Shown: positions 19,189-29,943, counted from the stretch's first letter. The stretch is DNA of 64,000 nt from Acidobacteriota bacterium (GCA_046757405.1 JBHHYE010000008.1:1944-65943), one strand, 5' to 3'. Notes: generated by a model not told the origin, from the letters alone. Made by a program: numbers and translations.

Positions 19189-21908
19189 GATCCATCTTTT
19201 ACCACACGTGGCGCGAGACGGCGGCGCATCTGCTCCAGGAGCGAGAGAGCGTCCAGCGGCCTCAGAGCCTCCGGGTGGATGGAGCGCAGCTGCTCCAGGA
19301 TTTCGATTTCCGCGGGCGTCCGTTCCGGGTGCCGGGGTTCGCGCCCGCGCCGCGCCTCCGCCTGCTCCTGCACGAGAGCGGCGGCGCGCCCTCCCAGGTG
19401 CGGCGCCCGGGGACGCGGAGCAAACAGTCCCATCTGAAAGCGGTTCTTGGCGTGGCGCGCCAGCCGCGGGCGCCCATCCCGGCCGACGGCCTTGGCCTCC
19501 AGGCTGGCGAGGATCTCCCGGGCCCGGCCCACCACCTCGGGCGGGACGCCGGCCAGGGCGGCCACCTGGATGCCGTACGACTGATCGGCCGCTCCCGGCT
19601 CCAGCCGGTGCAGGAAGATGATCCGCCCGTCGTGTTCCCGGGCGGTGATGCGGTGATTGGTCACGCGCGGCAGAACCGTGGCCAGCTCGGTCAATTCGTG
19701 ATAGTGAGTGGCGAAGAGGGTTCGCGCCGCCACCGCCTCGCGCTCGTGAAGTTGTTCCACCACCGCCCAGGCGATGGAGAGGCCGTCAAAGGTTGCCGTG
19801 CCCCGGCCGATCTCGTCGAGGAGAACCAAGCTGCGGGGCGTGGCATGGTGCAGGATATTGGCCGTCTCTGTCATCTCCACCATGAAGGTGGACTGACCCT
19901 GGGCCAGGTCGTCGGACGCGCCCACCCGGCAGAAGATGCGGTCGGCGACGCCGATGCGCGCCGCCTTGGCCGGTACGAACGACCCCGCCTGCGCCAGGAG
20001 GACCATGAGGCCGGTTTGCCGGAGCAGGGTTGACTTGCCGCCCATGTTCGGTCCCGTGATGATCTGGATCTGGGAGTCGATCGCGTTCAGGTGAACATCG
20101 TTCGGCACGAACCGGTCCGATCCCACGGCAGCTTCCACCACCGGGTGGCGGCCCGCCGTGATCCGGATGGTGTCGCCGTCATCCACCTGGGGCCGGCACC
20201 ATCCGCTTCGAGACGCCACTTCCGCCAGGGTGGCGGCGACGTCCAGCTCGGCCAGCCGGGAAGCCGTCGTCCGGATCCGTCCGGCATGCTCCAGGACCTG
20301 CTGGCGCAGGGACTCGAAGAGTCTGGCCTCCAGGGCCAGACTCTGTTCCTGGGCCGAAAGGATCTTCTCCTCCATGGCCTTGAGCTCCGGCGTGGCGTAC
20401 CGCTCGGCGCTGGTCAGGGTCTGCTTGCGGATGTAGTCGCCGGGGATCTTGGCAGCATGGGTCTTGCTCGCCTCGATGAAGTAGCCGAACACCCGGTTAT
20501 AGCCCACCTTCAGCGAGCCAATGCCCGTTCGCCGCCGTTCCCGCTCCTCCAAGGCGGTCATGAACTCCTTTCCGCTGCGGGATATCTTGCGGAGCTCGTC
20601 CAGGCCGGGGTCAAAACCGCCCCGGATCAGGCCTCCTTCACGGATTCCGGCAGGGGGGGCCTCCACCAGGGCCCGTGATGTGAGGTCGCTGACCTCGGGC
20701 ACCGGGTCCAGGCTCTCCAGGAGCTCCCGCAGGGGCCGGGAGGATACCTCCCGGTGCACGAGGACCAGCGGTGGGGTGCAGGCCAGGGAAGCTCCCAGGC
20801 CCTGGAGATCGCGCGGACCCGCCGTGCCCAGGGTCAGCCGTCCCAGAAGCCGCTCCAGGTCGGCCACCGGCGACATCAGGCCCCTGATGCGGGCCCGGAG
20901 CTGGCCATGCTCCTCGAGGTCGGCCACGGCGGCCAGGCGCCGGCGGATACGCTCCGGATCCCGGAGCGGATGGAGGAGGCGTTCCTTCAGGAGCCGGCCG
21001 CCCATGCGGGTGACCGTGTGGTCTATCAATCCCAGCAAGGAACCGCGGCGGGTACCGTCGCGCTGGGTCCGCAGGATCTCCAGGTTCGCCAGCGTGGTGG
21101 AATCCAGGATGAGATGGGCGTCTTCCTGCAGGTGTGTGATCCGGTCGATGTGCTTGAGATCGGTTTTCTGGGTCTCCTGGAGGTAGGCGAGCAGGGCACC
21201 GGCGGCGCCGAGACCCAGGGTCAGTGTCTCGACACCGAACCCTGCGAGATGGGCGGTGCCAAACTGTTCCTGGAGAATCTCGCGGGCCGGGTCGGGCGCA
21301 AACCGCCAGTCCTCCAGGCGAGTGACAGAAACGCCGGCCAGCCCGCCGGAAAGCGCAACCTCGGTCTGTTCATCCAGAAGGATTTCGCGGCAGTTGAACC
21401 GGGACAGAAGATCGGTGCTTCGGGCAAGCGCGGCCTCTCCATGGAACTGGGCGAGACGGAAGTCGCCGGTGGAGAGATCCACCCAGGCCACTCCCGCCCC
21501 ATGGTCGCCGGGGTTGAGCGCACCCAGGGAACGGGCCTCGCCGGACTGGCTGTGCTCGCTCTCCGTGCAGGTTCCCGGGGTCACCACCCGGACCACGTCC
21601 CGGCGCACCAGACCCTTGGCGCATGAGGGGTCCTCCAGTTGCTCGCAGATGGCCACCTTGAACCCGGCATCCGTCAGCTTGGCGATGTAGCCGTCCACGG
21701 AGTGGTGGGGCACGCCGCACATGGGAGCTTCCGAGCGGGTCCCCTTGCCGCGCTTGGTCAAGGTGATCTCGAGCGTCTGCGCGGCGGACAGGGCGTCGTC
21801 GTAAAACATCTCGTAGAAATCGCCCATCCGGAACAAGAGAATGGCATCGTGGTAGCGCGACTTGATGTCGCGGTATTGCCTGAACATGGGCGTGACTTGG
21901 GACGACAT
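19185..21908 (-). CDS. mutS: DNA mismatch repair protein MutS
   Basis: 907 aa. N-terminal mismatch-binding MFRQYRDIKSRYHDAILLFRMGDFYEMF and C-terminal ABC ATPase GPNMGGKSTLLRQTGL...DEIGRGTATFDG. Confidence 0.95.
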   Translation of the reverse strand: MSSQVTPMFRQYRDIKSRYHDAILLFRMGDFYEMFYDDALSAAQTLEITLTKRGKGTRSEAPMCGVPHHSVDGYIAKLTDAGFKVAICEQLEDPSCAKGLVRRDVVRVVTPGTCTESEHSQSGEARSLGALNPGDHGAGVAWVDLSTGDFRLAQFHGEAALARSTDLLSRFNCREILLDEQTEVALSGGLAGVSVTRLEDWRFAPDPAREILQEQFGTAHLAGFGVETLTLGLGAAGALLAYLQETQKTDLKHIDRITHLQEDAHLILDSTTLANLEILRTQRDGTRRGSLLGLIDHTVTRMGGRLLKERLLHPLRDPERIRRRLAAVADLEEHGQLRARIRGLMSPVADLERLLGRLTLGTAGPRDLQGLGASLACTPPLVLVHREVSSRPLRELLESLDPVPEVSDLTSRALVEAPPAGIREGGLIRGGFDPGLDELRKISRSGKEFMTALEERERRRTGIGSLKVGYNRVFGYFIEASKTHAAKIPGDYIRKQTLTSAERYATPELKAMEEKILSAQEQSLALEARLFESLRQQVLEHAGRIRTTASRLAELDVAATLAEVASRSGWCRPQVDDGDTIRITAGRHPVVEAAVGSDRFVPNDVHLNAIDSQIQIITGPNMGGKSTLLRQTGLMVLLAQAGSFVPAKAARIGVADRIFCRVGASDDLAQGQSTFMVEMTETANILHHATPRSLVLLDEIGRGTATFDGLSIAWAVVEQLHEREAVAARTLFATHYHELTELATVLPRVTNHRITAREHDGRIIFLHRLEPGAADQSYGIQVAALAGVPPEVVGRAREILASLEAKAVGRDGRPRLARHAKNRFQMGLFAPRPRAPHLGGRAAALVQEQAEARRGREPRHPERTPAEIEILEQLRSIHPEALRPLDALSLLEQMRRRLAPRVVKDGS

Positions 21909-22021
21909 GAGAAACCGGGGATCGCGCCGGCACCGCCGTGCAGACGCCGACGCGTGAAAACCTCAGTCTACCACAGGCATCGCTTGACTTTTGCCCGCGG
22001 GCGCGGTATCAACCGCCGGTG

Positions 22022-22402
22022 ATGATCGAGGATGAACCGGACATCCCTTCCCCGGCCGGAACCGGCGAGCCACTCACGGATGAAGATCGAGTCCTCCTGG
22101 TTTTTTCGTATCTGGGACCGCTGGCCTTGGTCGCCTTTCTGGCGGCCAGGCGGGACTACGTCCGGTGGCACGCCCGGCAGGGGTTGGTGTTCTTCCTCGT
22201 GGCCTTCGGTGTGATTCTCGCAACGAGCACCCTGGAAGCGATCGCGGGCTCGATCCACTGGTTCCTGGGGCAGACCACCGCCATGTTCAATTCCATGATT
22301 TACCTCTGCCTGTTTGGAATCGCCTTGCTGTCCATGGTGAAGGCGCTCAAGGGTGAACGCTGGCGTCTTCCCTTCCTGCACGAACTGGCGGATCGGATCT
22401 AG
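22022..22402 (+). CDS. DUF4870-family small membrane protein
   Basis: LLVFSYLGPLALVAFLAARRDYVRWHARQGLVFFLV matches the DUF4870 pattern. Start chosen at ATG 22022 (track ORF starts at 21938). A TTGACT-N17-TATCAA sigma70-like element lies at 21984-22012. Confidence 0.55.
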   Translation: MIEDEPDIPSPAGTGEPLTDEDRVLLVFSYLGPLALVAFLAARRDYVRWHARQGLVFFLVAFGVILATSTLEAIAGSIHWFLGQTTAMFNSMIYLCLFGIALLSMVKALKGERWRLPFLHELADRI

Positions 22403-23730
22403 CGCTCGCCGTCTCCGGAGGTTTTCTGCCGGGCGGCTCGTCTCTCGCGCCGGGCTTTTTTCCGCGTCTGGATGACCCTCTTCCGTTCCCCATCCTCCGC
22501 GCTCCCAGCGGCAGTGGGGGAGGCGGCGGTCGATGCGTCGAGGAATCGCATCATGGGGAGTTTCCAGGTACGCAGGGCCGATTGCAAGCCGTTGGTGAAC
22601 GCGTAATCCCGGATGGGGTGGCCCTGGTCGATATACGCTCCGGCCACCCGGGCCAGGCGGAACTTGAGATCGCGCAACGTTTTCATCTGGATGCGTTTCG
22701 CGCTTGCTTGTTTCTTTTTTCTGGGAAGAAAGCCCCGGGCCGCCGCCTCGGGCGGCAATTCCTTGGCGATGGCGGTCATCTGAGCGGAAATCTCCCGGAG
22801 TTTCTTTTCCAGATCGGCGCGGGAGAGGGAGCTCACGTCCTCCAGCGGATGCGAGGGGTCCAGAAGCAGGTCCTTCTGCGTCAGCGTCCTCATGATGAAC
22901 TCGGCGTAGATGGCTTCCGTGGAGCGGGCCGGATCCTCCGTACGGAGGAGATGCCACTGGTTGGCTGCTTCTTTGTAATCGCCCTGGCGGTAAAGGATGC
23001 GTGCATAAAGGAGACGGGCGGCGGGCTGGGGCTGATCGGGCTGAAGGGACAGGACTTGCTCGAGGGCCTTGCGGCCCTCCGCGAGATGGTTCGCTTCCAG
23101 ATCGGCCCGGGCCACCTCCATCAGGGAACGAGCCAGGTAACGGGTATTGGGGTGTTCCTCGGCGCCCAGCCGCGCGGCGGCGTGTGAAAAGAATGAAATC
23201 TGAAGCGCGCGGTCGCCGGCGTCTGTCGCCATCCGGCCCAGCCGGAAGAGATCCTCGCTGGAGAAATTTTCTTCTTGGCCGAACTGGCCCCCTCGATACC
23301 GGTTGAGGGCTTCCTGGGCGGTGCGCCGGGCCGTGGCCGTATCGCCCACCGTGGTCGAGGCGGCCACCATGTAGTAGTAGTCCGCCAGCTCCGCTTTCGC
23401 GGGCTGAGCCTGCAGGCGCTGCCGCAGGGCTCCGATGGCCTCGTTCATGGTCTGGCGCACGAGGGCATCCGGTTTCCCCGTGGTCTGCTGGCAGAAAGCA
23501 GCTTGGTAGAGCACGCGGCCGTCCCGAACCCCGCCGGCCAGAGCCTTGTTGAATTCCACCAGGGCCTCCGCGTACTTCTCCTGGGCGTACAGTGACTGGG
23601 CCTTCCGGGCGGCGGCCTTGGCCGCGTCGGGCGGGGCGGCGACGGCCAGCTGCAGGGCCGCCACGGCCAGAACGATCGGCCCTAGGAGCGTGGCCCGCCG
23701 CGGGATGAAGGCTGGCCGCGCCTCATCCAC
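22399..23730 (-). CDS. TPR-repeat protein, secreted, with Lys/Arg-rich C-terminal tail
   Basis: Signal peptide, multiple TPR-like helical repeats, and a C-terminal KKARRERRAARQK basic tail. Confidence 0.6.
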   Translation of the reverse strand: MDEARPAFIPRRATLLGPIVLAVAALQLAVAAPPDAAKAAARKAQSLYAQEKYAEALVEFNKALAGGVRDGRVLYQAAFCQQTTGKPDALVRQTMNEAIGALRQRLQAQPAKAELADYYYMVAASTTVGDTATARRTAQEALNRYRGGQFGQEENFSSEDLFRLGRMATDAGDRALQISFFSHAAARLGAEEHPNTRYLARSLMEVARADLEANHLAEGRKALEQVLSLQPDQPQPAARLLYARILYRQGDYKEAANQWHLLRTEDPARSTEAIYAEFIMRTLTQKDLLLDPSHPLEDVSSLSRADLEKKLREISAQMTAIAKELPPEAAARGFLPRKKKQASAKRIQMKTLRDLKFRLARVAGAYIDQGHPIRDYAFTNGLQSALRTWKLPMMRFLDASTAASPTAAGSAEDGERKRVIQTRKKARRERRAARQKTSGDGER

Positions 23731-24946
23731 GGCTGGCGGCTTGCCGGATGGAGGAGAGGAAGTCCTTGTTGGAGGCGGTCTTGGACAGACGGTCGAGAAG
23801 CTTCTCCATGGCTGAGAGGGGATCCATCTTGGCGAAGGCTCGGCGCAGCAGGTGAATCGCCTGCATCTCGGTGGGATCGTACAGCTTCTCTTCCTTCCGG
23901 GTTCCCGAGCGGCTGATGTCGATGGCCGGGAATAGGCGGCGCTCGGCCAGCCGGCGGTCGAGGATGAGCTCCATGTTGCCGGTCCCCTTGAATTCCTCGA
24001 AGATCACGTCGTCCATGCGGCTTCCGGTGTCCACGAGAACCGTGCCCAGAATGGTCAGGCTTCCCCCTTCTTCGATGTTGCGGGCGGCGCCGAAAATGCG
24101 CTTGGGATGTTGGAGGGCGGTGGACTCCACGCCGCCCGAGAGGATCTTGCCGGAGCCTCGGACCTGATTGTTGTAGGCGCGGCCCAGGCGGGTGAGCGAA
24201 TCGAGAAGAACGACGACATCATGGCCGTATTCAGCCCAACGCTTGGCTTTTTCCAGCGCCATCTCGGCGACCTTGACATGCTCCGCCGTATGCCCGTCCG
24301 AAGAGGAAGCCACCACCTCACCCTGCACCGAGCGGCGCATGTCGGTGACTTCTTCCGGCCTTTCATCCACGAGCAGGATCATCTGTTGCACGTCGGGATA
24401 GTTGGTCGAGATGGCGAGGGAAATCGCCTTGAGGAGCATGGTCTTGCCGGCCTTGGGAGGCGAGACGATGAGGCCCCGTTGCCCGCGCCCCACGGGGGTG
24501 ATGAGATCCACCGCCCGGGTGGAGAGCTCCTCGGGGGTGGTTTCGAGGATGAACCGGCTCTCCGGATCCAGGCTGGTGAGCTGGCGGAACTCGGGGATCT
24601 CCAGATGTTTTTCCGGAGCATTTCCGTTGATCTGGTCGATCTCGTGGAGGCGTAAGGAGCCATTGGAACGCCCGCCTCCCGGCGCGGCCTTGCCTTCGAT
24701 CCAGGCGCCCTCGCGAACGTGCCACTTGCGCAACAGTTGCTGGCCGATGAACGGATCGTTCTTGGAAGCCAGGTAGCTGGACTGGCCGGATCGCAGGAAG
24801 CCGCTGCCGTCCTTCATGATCTCCACGGCGCCGGTGACCTGGACCAGTTCGTCCGGGTTGACGGGCCTCGGCGGACCGGACGGCCTCATTCTGCGCCGCG
24901 GATGGTCCCCACGGTTACGCCGGTGGTAATTTCTTCTTCGCCCCAT
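23723..24946 (-). CDS. rho: Transcription termination factor Rho
   Basis: OB-fold RNP motif [14 protein letters not shown], Walker [16 protein letters not shown], and Q/R loops. Start set at ATG 24946 ([13 protein letters not shown]...). The track ORF reaches 25075, which would overlap the divergent gene. Confidence 0.9.
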   Translation of the reverse strand: MGRRRNYHRRNRGDHPRRRMRPSGPPRPVNPDELVQVTGAVEIMKDGSGFLRSGQSSYLASKNDPFIGQQLLRKWHVREGAWIEGKAAPGGGRSNGSLRLHEIDQINGNAPEKHLEIPEFRQLTSLDPESRFILETTPEELSTRAVDLITPVGRGQRGLIVSPPKAGKTMLLKAISLAISTNYPDVQQMILLVDERPEEVTDMRRSVQGEVVASSSDGHTAEHVKVAEMALEKAKRWAEYGHDVVVLLDSLTRLGRAYNNQVRGSGKILSGGVESTALQHPKRIFGAARNIEEGGSLTILGTVLVDTGSRMDDVIFEEFKGTGNMELILDRRLAERRLFPAIDISRSGTRKEEKLYDPTEMQAIHLLRRAFAKMDPLSAMEKLLDRLSKTASNKDFLSSIRQAASRG

Positions 24947-25052
24947 TTTTTCCAGGAAAGCTCCCGACGATCCCGTGGGACGACGTCCCACACCTTCATC
25001 AACAGTTTGACCAGCGCCGGAAGCATTCGTAATATAGCATCCTCGCCGGCAC

Positions 25053-28000
25053 GTGACAAACCATCCACAGAGCAAGGAGGCCCCGGCCGCCCGGAAGAGC
25101 CCGTTTCACGGGCCCAGGCGGTTGATTGTGGGCCTTTTCTTTCTGACCCTGGCGGCCACGGGGTGCCAGGGAGGCGCCTCCCATCCTCTAACAGATGGGC
25201 GCCAGGCGGCCCGGCGGCATGTGAGCCGCGGGGTGGCCTACCTGGCCCAGTTCTTGCCTGAAAAGGCGATTCTCGAGTTTCAGGCGGCCCTGGACCAGGA
25301 CCCGGAGAACCGGGCGGCGACGGTCGACCTGGGTATCGCCTACCGGGTGTCGTCGGATCTTCCGGCGGCGCGGGAATGGCTGGAGAAGGCCTTGTCCCGG
25401 GACCCGGACAGTCTCCCTGCACATTACAACCTGGCTCTGGTAGCGCGGCTGCAGGGCCAGCCCCGGGTCGCGCTGGAACACCTTGAGAAGGCCGTGGCGC
25501 TCGATCCCCGGGATCCGGATGTCCATTACAACCTGGCGCTGATCTATGCGCAACAGCGCGATGAGCAGCGGGCCCTGGAGGAATTCGACGCGGTCCTCGC
25601 CCGCAATCCTCTTTATGCGTCGGCTCTGTACGGGAAGGGGCGCGCGCTGCTGGCCATGGGACGCGAGGAAGAAGCCATGAAGGCCCTGGAGGCCAGCCAG
25701 GCGCTCTCGGGCGGACATCTCACCACCACCTCCGGCCAGCAGTATGGCGAACAGGGAGTGCACTCGCTGGCCATCGAGGACATGCCAGCGGATCCTGCGG
25801 CGGGCCCCCGGGTGCCGGCCGCCTTCACGGATGTGACCGCCTCCAGCGGCGTCGTGTTTCACCATGGCGGCGGACCGGTCGACCGGAACGGACGATCGAT
25901 CGGCAGTGGTGTGGCCGTGTTTGACTACGACGGCGACGGCGATCTGGATCTCTACTTCGTGAATGCGGGGGTCGGGGATTCCTCCGGCCAGGGGATGGTT
26001 CCGGCTCCGAACGGCTTGTTCCGGAACCGCGGCCATGGAAGATTCGAAGACGTGAGTCGAGAGAGCGGACTCGACGATCCGGGTGCCGGCGCGGGAGTCA
26101 CGGTGGGCGACTTCGACAACGACGGCAAGCCCGATCTCTACCTCGGGAACTGGGGAACCAACCGCCTGTTCCGAAACCGCGGAGACGGAACCTTCCAGGA
26201 CGTCACCGGCGCGGCCGGCGTGGGCCACCCGGGGCGCGCCATGTCCGTCGCGTTCGGAGATGCCGACCATGACGGGGATCTGGACCTGGTGGTGGCGAAC
26301 CGCGATGCCCGGGATTCCTTGGTTTACTACCGCAACAACGGCGACGGCACGTTCGCGGACCGGACCCGCGAGGATGGGTTCCACCATGAAGGCGGCGCCG
26401 CCCAGGTCCTGTTCCTGGATCTGGACGCCGACCGCGACATCGATCTTCTGGTGAGTGGTGCCCGCGGCGCCAGCGTGCAGCTCAACGATCGGGATGGAAG
26501 CTTTTCTGCCGGGGCAAACCGCCTGGGCCTGGCGGTCCTCCCGGAGCGGCTCGGGGTGGTGGCCCTGGATCTGCTCAAGGATGGGCGTCCCGACCTGGTC
26601 CTCACGGGACGTGATTCCTCCCGATCCATCGAGGTCTGGGCGAACGAGGGCGGCGCCTTCCGCCCGCGGGCCGACGCGCTCCCGGCGCCATCGGCGACGG
26701 TGGCTTATGGCCTTGTCGTCCTGGATTACGACCTGGACGGTTTCGCCGACCTGGGCGTGGTGGTCGGGGAAGGAGCCGCCGCACAGGTGCGGCTGTACCG
26801 CAATCTGGGGCGCGCCCGTTTTCAGGAGGTGACCGCGGCGGTCGGCCTGGACAGGGTGGCGGCCAGCGGAGCCCGGGGGCTCCAGGCCGCCGATCTGGAT
26901 GGAGACGGCGACCAGGATCTGGTGGTATCGCGCTCCGGGGAAAGCCCGCTGATTCTGCGGAACGACCTGGGTGGCGGGCATCACTGGCTGAAGGTCCGGC
27001 TGGAGGGACTGCATTCCAACCGATCCGGCGTCGGCACCCGGGTCGCGGTCCGCGCCGGGTCCCTCTGGCAGCAACGGAGCACCGCCGCGTCGGGGGGTTA
27101 TCTGGGCTCGGGGCCGGCCGAGCTCCTGCTGGGAATCGGAGAAGAAAAAGAAGCGGAGGCCGTCTCGGTCCTGTGGCCCGGCGGCGTCCTTCAGGATGAG
27201 TTGGATGTGCCGGCCGACACCAGCCGCCGCATCAAGGAACTGGACCGCAAGGGATCATCCTGTCCCACCCTGTTCGGCTGGAACGGGACACGTTTCGCCT
27301 ACGTGGCTGATTTCATCGGGGGCGGTGTCCTGGGTCTCTACCTGGCGCCGGGCGTCATCTACCAGCCGGATCCGGAGGAGCTGCACCTGATCCGGCCGGA
27401 GTTCGGCCTGCAACCGGATGCGCACGGACAGATTGCCTTCCGCCTCACCGACAATCTGGAGGAGGTGACCTACCTGGACCGGGTCTTCCTGCGGGCGGTG
27501 GACCACCCGGAGGGACGCCGGGTCCTGCCGCTTGAAGGGCTCCGTCCCCATCCTCCCTATCCTTCTCCCTCCCTCCACCTGATGCGCCATCTGCTGAACC
27601 CGGTGGAGGCTCGGGATGGAGGAGGAACGGACTGGCTCCCCGAGCTGTCCCGGATCGACCGGTCCTACCCCACCTTTCCTCTCGGCACCGCTCAGGGTTA
27701 TGCGAAACCCCACGAGCTCCGGGTCACCTTCCCGAACCCCCGCGCGGCGGGCAGGGTCTGGCTCTGGGGCCAGGGCACCCTGGAGTTTTCCAATTCCACG
27801 CCGCACTTCGGAGCGGCCCAGCACGGCGGGGGACTGATCTGGCCGTCGCTGGAGATCAGGGAAGCGGATGGCTCGTTCCGGGTCCTGGAAGAGACCATGC
27901 CGGTTCCCATGGGGGTGGACAAGCCGGTCCTGGTCGATCTGTCCGGGCGGCTGCCGGACATGGACCAGGTGACCTTGCGCATCCGCACCAGCATGGCGGT

Positions 28001-28565
28001 TTACTGGGACCGGCTCGCCCTGGCCATCGAGGATGAGACGCCGCATGCCATGCGGGTCACGGATCTGGCTCCGGCGGTGGCCCGGCTCCGCCCCCTGGGT
28101 TTTCCGCTCTGGGCCAGTGAGGATGGCCGTCGGCCGCGCACCTTCGTCTATGCGGACGCGCGGCCGGCCGACACCTGGAAGCGGATTCCGGGTCTGTATA
28201 CCCGGTTTGGCCCGGTGGGAGAGTTGCTGGGGGCCACCGACGATCGGCTGGTGGTGATGGCGCCAGGGGATGAGGTGATGCTGGCCTTCGATGCGGACTC
28301 CATACCTCCCCTTCCGAGTGGATTCATCCGCACCTGGTTCCTCTACGGTTTTGGCTGGGTGAAGGACATGGACCTCCATACTCCTGCCTCGGGCCAGGTG
28401 GATCCCCTCCCGTTCCGGGGCATGGGGCCGTTCCCACCCTCTCCCGGAGCCTACTTCTCGGATCCGGTCCGGGCGAAAACAGCGGCCCGCTACAACACAC
28501 GCCGCATCCTGGAACGCGATCCGATACGCCAGCCGCCGACAAGGTCTGCGGTAGCGGTCCCCTGA
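25053..28565 (+). CDS. TPR + FG-GAP/VCBS-repeat + ASPIC/UnbV (CRTAC1-family) lipoprotein-like protein with uncharacterised ~430-aa C-terminal region
   Basis: N-terminal signal with Cys (LAATGCQG) and a TPR block (~200 aa). Repeated FDYDGDGDLDLYFVNAG / GDFDNDGKPDLYLGNWG / GDADHDGDLDLVVAN FG-GAP-like Ca-binding repeats follow. The ASPIC/UnbV motif is GVGTRVAVRAG...GGYLGSGPAELLLGIG....VLWPGG. The C-terminal third is unannotated. Confidence 0.75.
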   Translation: MTNHPQSKEAPAARKSPFHGPRRLIVGLFFLTLAATGCQGGASHPLTDGRQAARRHVSRGVAYLAQFLPEKAILEFQAALDQDPENRAATVDLGIAYRVSSDLPAAREWLEKALSRDPDSLPAHYNLALVARLQGQPRVALEHLEKAVALDPRDPDVHYNLALIYAQQRDEQRALEEFDAVLARNPLYASALYGKGRALLAMGREEEAMKALEASQALSGGHLTTTSGQQYGEQGVHSLAIEDMPADPAAGPRVPAAFTDVTASSGVVFHHGGGPVDRNGRSIGSGVAVFDYDGDGDLDLYFVNAGVGDSSGQGMVPAPNGLFRNRGHGRFEDVSRESGLDDPGAGAGVTVGDFDNDGKPDLYLGNWGTNRLFRNRGDGTFQDVTGAAGVGHPGRAMSVAFGDADHDGDLDLVVANRDARDSLVYYRNNGDGTFADRTREDGFHHEGGAAQVLFLDLDADRDIDLLVSGARGASVQLNDRDGSFSAGANRLGLAVLPERLGVVALDLLKDGRPDLVLTGRDSSRSIEVWANEGGAFRPRADALPAPSATVAYGLVVLDYDLDGFADLGVVVGEGAAAQVRLYRNLGRARFQEVTAAVGLDRVAASGARGLQAADLDGDGDQDLVVSRSGESPLILRNDLGGGHHWLKVRLEGLHSNRSGVGTRVAVRAGSLWQQRSTAASGGYLGSGPAELLLGIGEEKEAEAVSVLWPGGVLQDELDVPADTSRRIKELDRKGSSCPTLFGWNGTRFAYVADFIGGGVLGLYLAPGVIYQPDPEELHLIRPEFGLQPDAHGQIAFRLTDNLEEVTYLDRVFLRAVDHPEGRRVLPLEGLRPHPPYPSPSLHLMRHLLNPVEARDGGGTDWLPELSRIDRSYPTFPLGTAQGYAKPHELRVTFPNPRAAGRVWLWGQGTLEFSNSTPHFGAAQHGGGLIWPSLEIREADGSFRVLEETMPVPMGVDKPVLVDLSGRLPDMDQVTLRIRTSMAVYWDRLALAIEDETPHAMRVTDLAPAVARLRPLGFPLWASEDGRRPRTFVYADARPADTWKRIPGLYTRFGPVGELLGATDDRLVVMAPGDEVMLAFDADSIPPLPSGFIRTWFLYGFGWVKDMDLHTPASGQVDPLPFRGMGPFPPSPGAYFSDPVRAKTAARYNTRRILERDPIRQPPTRSAVAVP

Positions 28566-28586
28566 GTGACCGGTTAATATCCGCGC

Positions 28587-29882
28587 GTGGCGAAACGATT
28601 CAGTGAATTCGACCTGGGCCCCGAGGTTCTGCGAGCGGTCCAGGAGGCCGGGTACACGGTGTGTACGCCCGTTCAGGAGAAGGCCATCGGACCCATCCTG
28701 GAAGGACATGACCTGACCGGCCTGGCGGAGACGGGTTCCGGAAAGACGGCGGCCTTTCTGCTGCCGATCCTGGATCGGATGAAACTGGGAGGAGAAGACC
28801 CGCGCGCCCTGGTGGTCGCTCCCACACGCGAGCTGGCCCTGCAGGTGGCGGGAGAAGCGGTCAAGCTCGGCGCGCACCGGCAAGCCCGGATTGCGGCCAT
28901 CTACGGAGGCACCGGGCTGGGCTCCCAGAAGAACCAGCTGCTGTCTGGCGTCGATCTGGTCGTGGGGACCCCCGGACGCCTCATCGATTTCATCCAGCAG
29001 ACCTATTTGCGGCTCTCGCGGGTCCGGTATCTGGTCCTGGACGAGGCCGACCGGATGCTGGACATGGGGTTCATCAAGGATGTGGAGTTCATCGTGTCCC
29101 GGGCTCCGTTGTCGCGCCAGACGCTTCTGTTCTCCGCGACGTTGCCTCCCGAAATCCTGGCGCTCGCCGATCGGTTCATGTTCGATCCGGTGCGGGTCGA
29201 GGTGGAGAGGCCGTTGCTCACGGCACAGAATATCGAACAAACCGTTTTCATGGTGGACGATGTCCGGGACAAGATGCGTGTGCTCCGGGGCATACTCAGA
29301 AACAAGGTGACCGAGCAGGCGCTGGTGTTTGTCTCCACCCGGGAGATGACCGTGGAGGTCGCCGAACAGCTGCGTCGCGACGGGGAGCAGGCGGCCTCGA
29401 TCTCGTCTCTTCTCTCACAGACCAACCGGGAGCGGGTGCTGAGCGGGTTCCGGGACCGGTCCTTCCGGGTCCTGGTGGCAACCGACGTGGCCGGGCGCGG
29501 GTTGGACATCGATTCCATCAGCCATGTGATCAATTTCGATGTTCCCGGCGTTCCTGACGACTATGTGCATCGGGTGGGCCGCACGGGCCGGGCCGGCCGG
29601 AAGGGGCGCGCTATCACGCTGGTGGGCCGCCGGGACCGGCCTTTGCTCGCCAATATCGAAGCGCATCTGGGCGTGCACCTGAGCCGTGAAACCTCGAAGG
29701 CCGCCGCTCCCTCGCCGGGCCGGGCGAAACGCGGCGGAGCGAGGGCAACGGAGGACAGGGGAAGAGGGCGAGGCGGATCGCGAGGCCCGGGCAGGCGGCG
29801 CGAAAGGGGCTCCGGAAGCGGGCGGCGGGGGCGACATGGTCGTGGACCCAAGAAGCCTGCCGGGGGGCGAACCACCCGGTAG
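28587..29882 (+). CDS. DEAD-box ATP-dependent RNA helicase with Arg/Gly-rich C-terminal tail
   Basis: Q-motif, Walker A AETGSGKT, DEAD box VLDEADRMLDMGF, SAT, HRVGRTGRAGRKG, and a C-terminal RGRGGSRGPGRRRERG tail. Confidence 0.9.
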   Translation: MAKRFSEFDLGPEVLRAVQEAGYTVCTPVQEKAIGPILEGHDLTGLAETGSGKTAAFLLPILDRMKLGGEDPRALVVAPTRELALQVAGEAVKLGAHRQARIAAIYGGTGLGSQKNQLLSGVDLVVGTPGRLIDFIQQTYLRLSRVRYLVLDEADRMLDMGFIKDVEFIVSRAPLSRQTLLFSATLPPEILALADRFMFDPVRVEVERPLLTAQNIEQTVFMVDDVRDKMRVLRGILRNKVTEQALVFVSTREMTVEVAEQLRRDGEQAASISSLLSQTNRERVLSGFRDRSFRVLVATDVAGRGLDIDSISHVINFDVPGVPDDYVHRVGRTGRAGRKGRAITLVGRRDRPLLANIEAHLGVHLSRETSKAAAPSPGRAKRGGARATEDRGRGRGGSRGPGRRRERGSGSGRRGRHGRGPKKPAGGRTTR

Positions 29883-29943
29883 GAGAGGCGAACGCGGGTT
29901 CGATTGATGGCTTGAAATGATTGCATGGAAAGGAGTTCGCGTC

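Noticed and set aside
25188-27074. 628-aa minus-strand ORF inside the CRTAC1-like gene
   Set aside because: Antisense to a frame with repeated FG-GAP Ca-binding motifs. Its composition is spurious.
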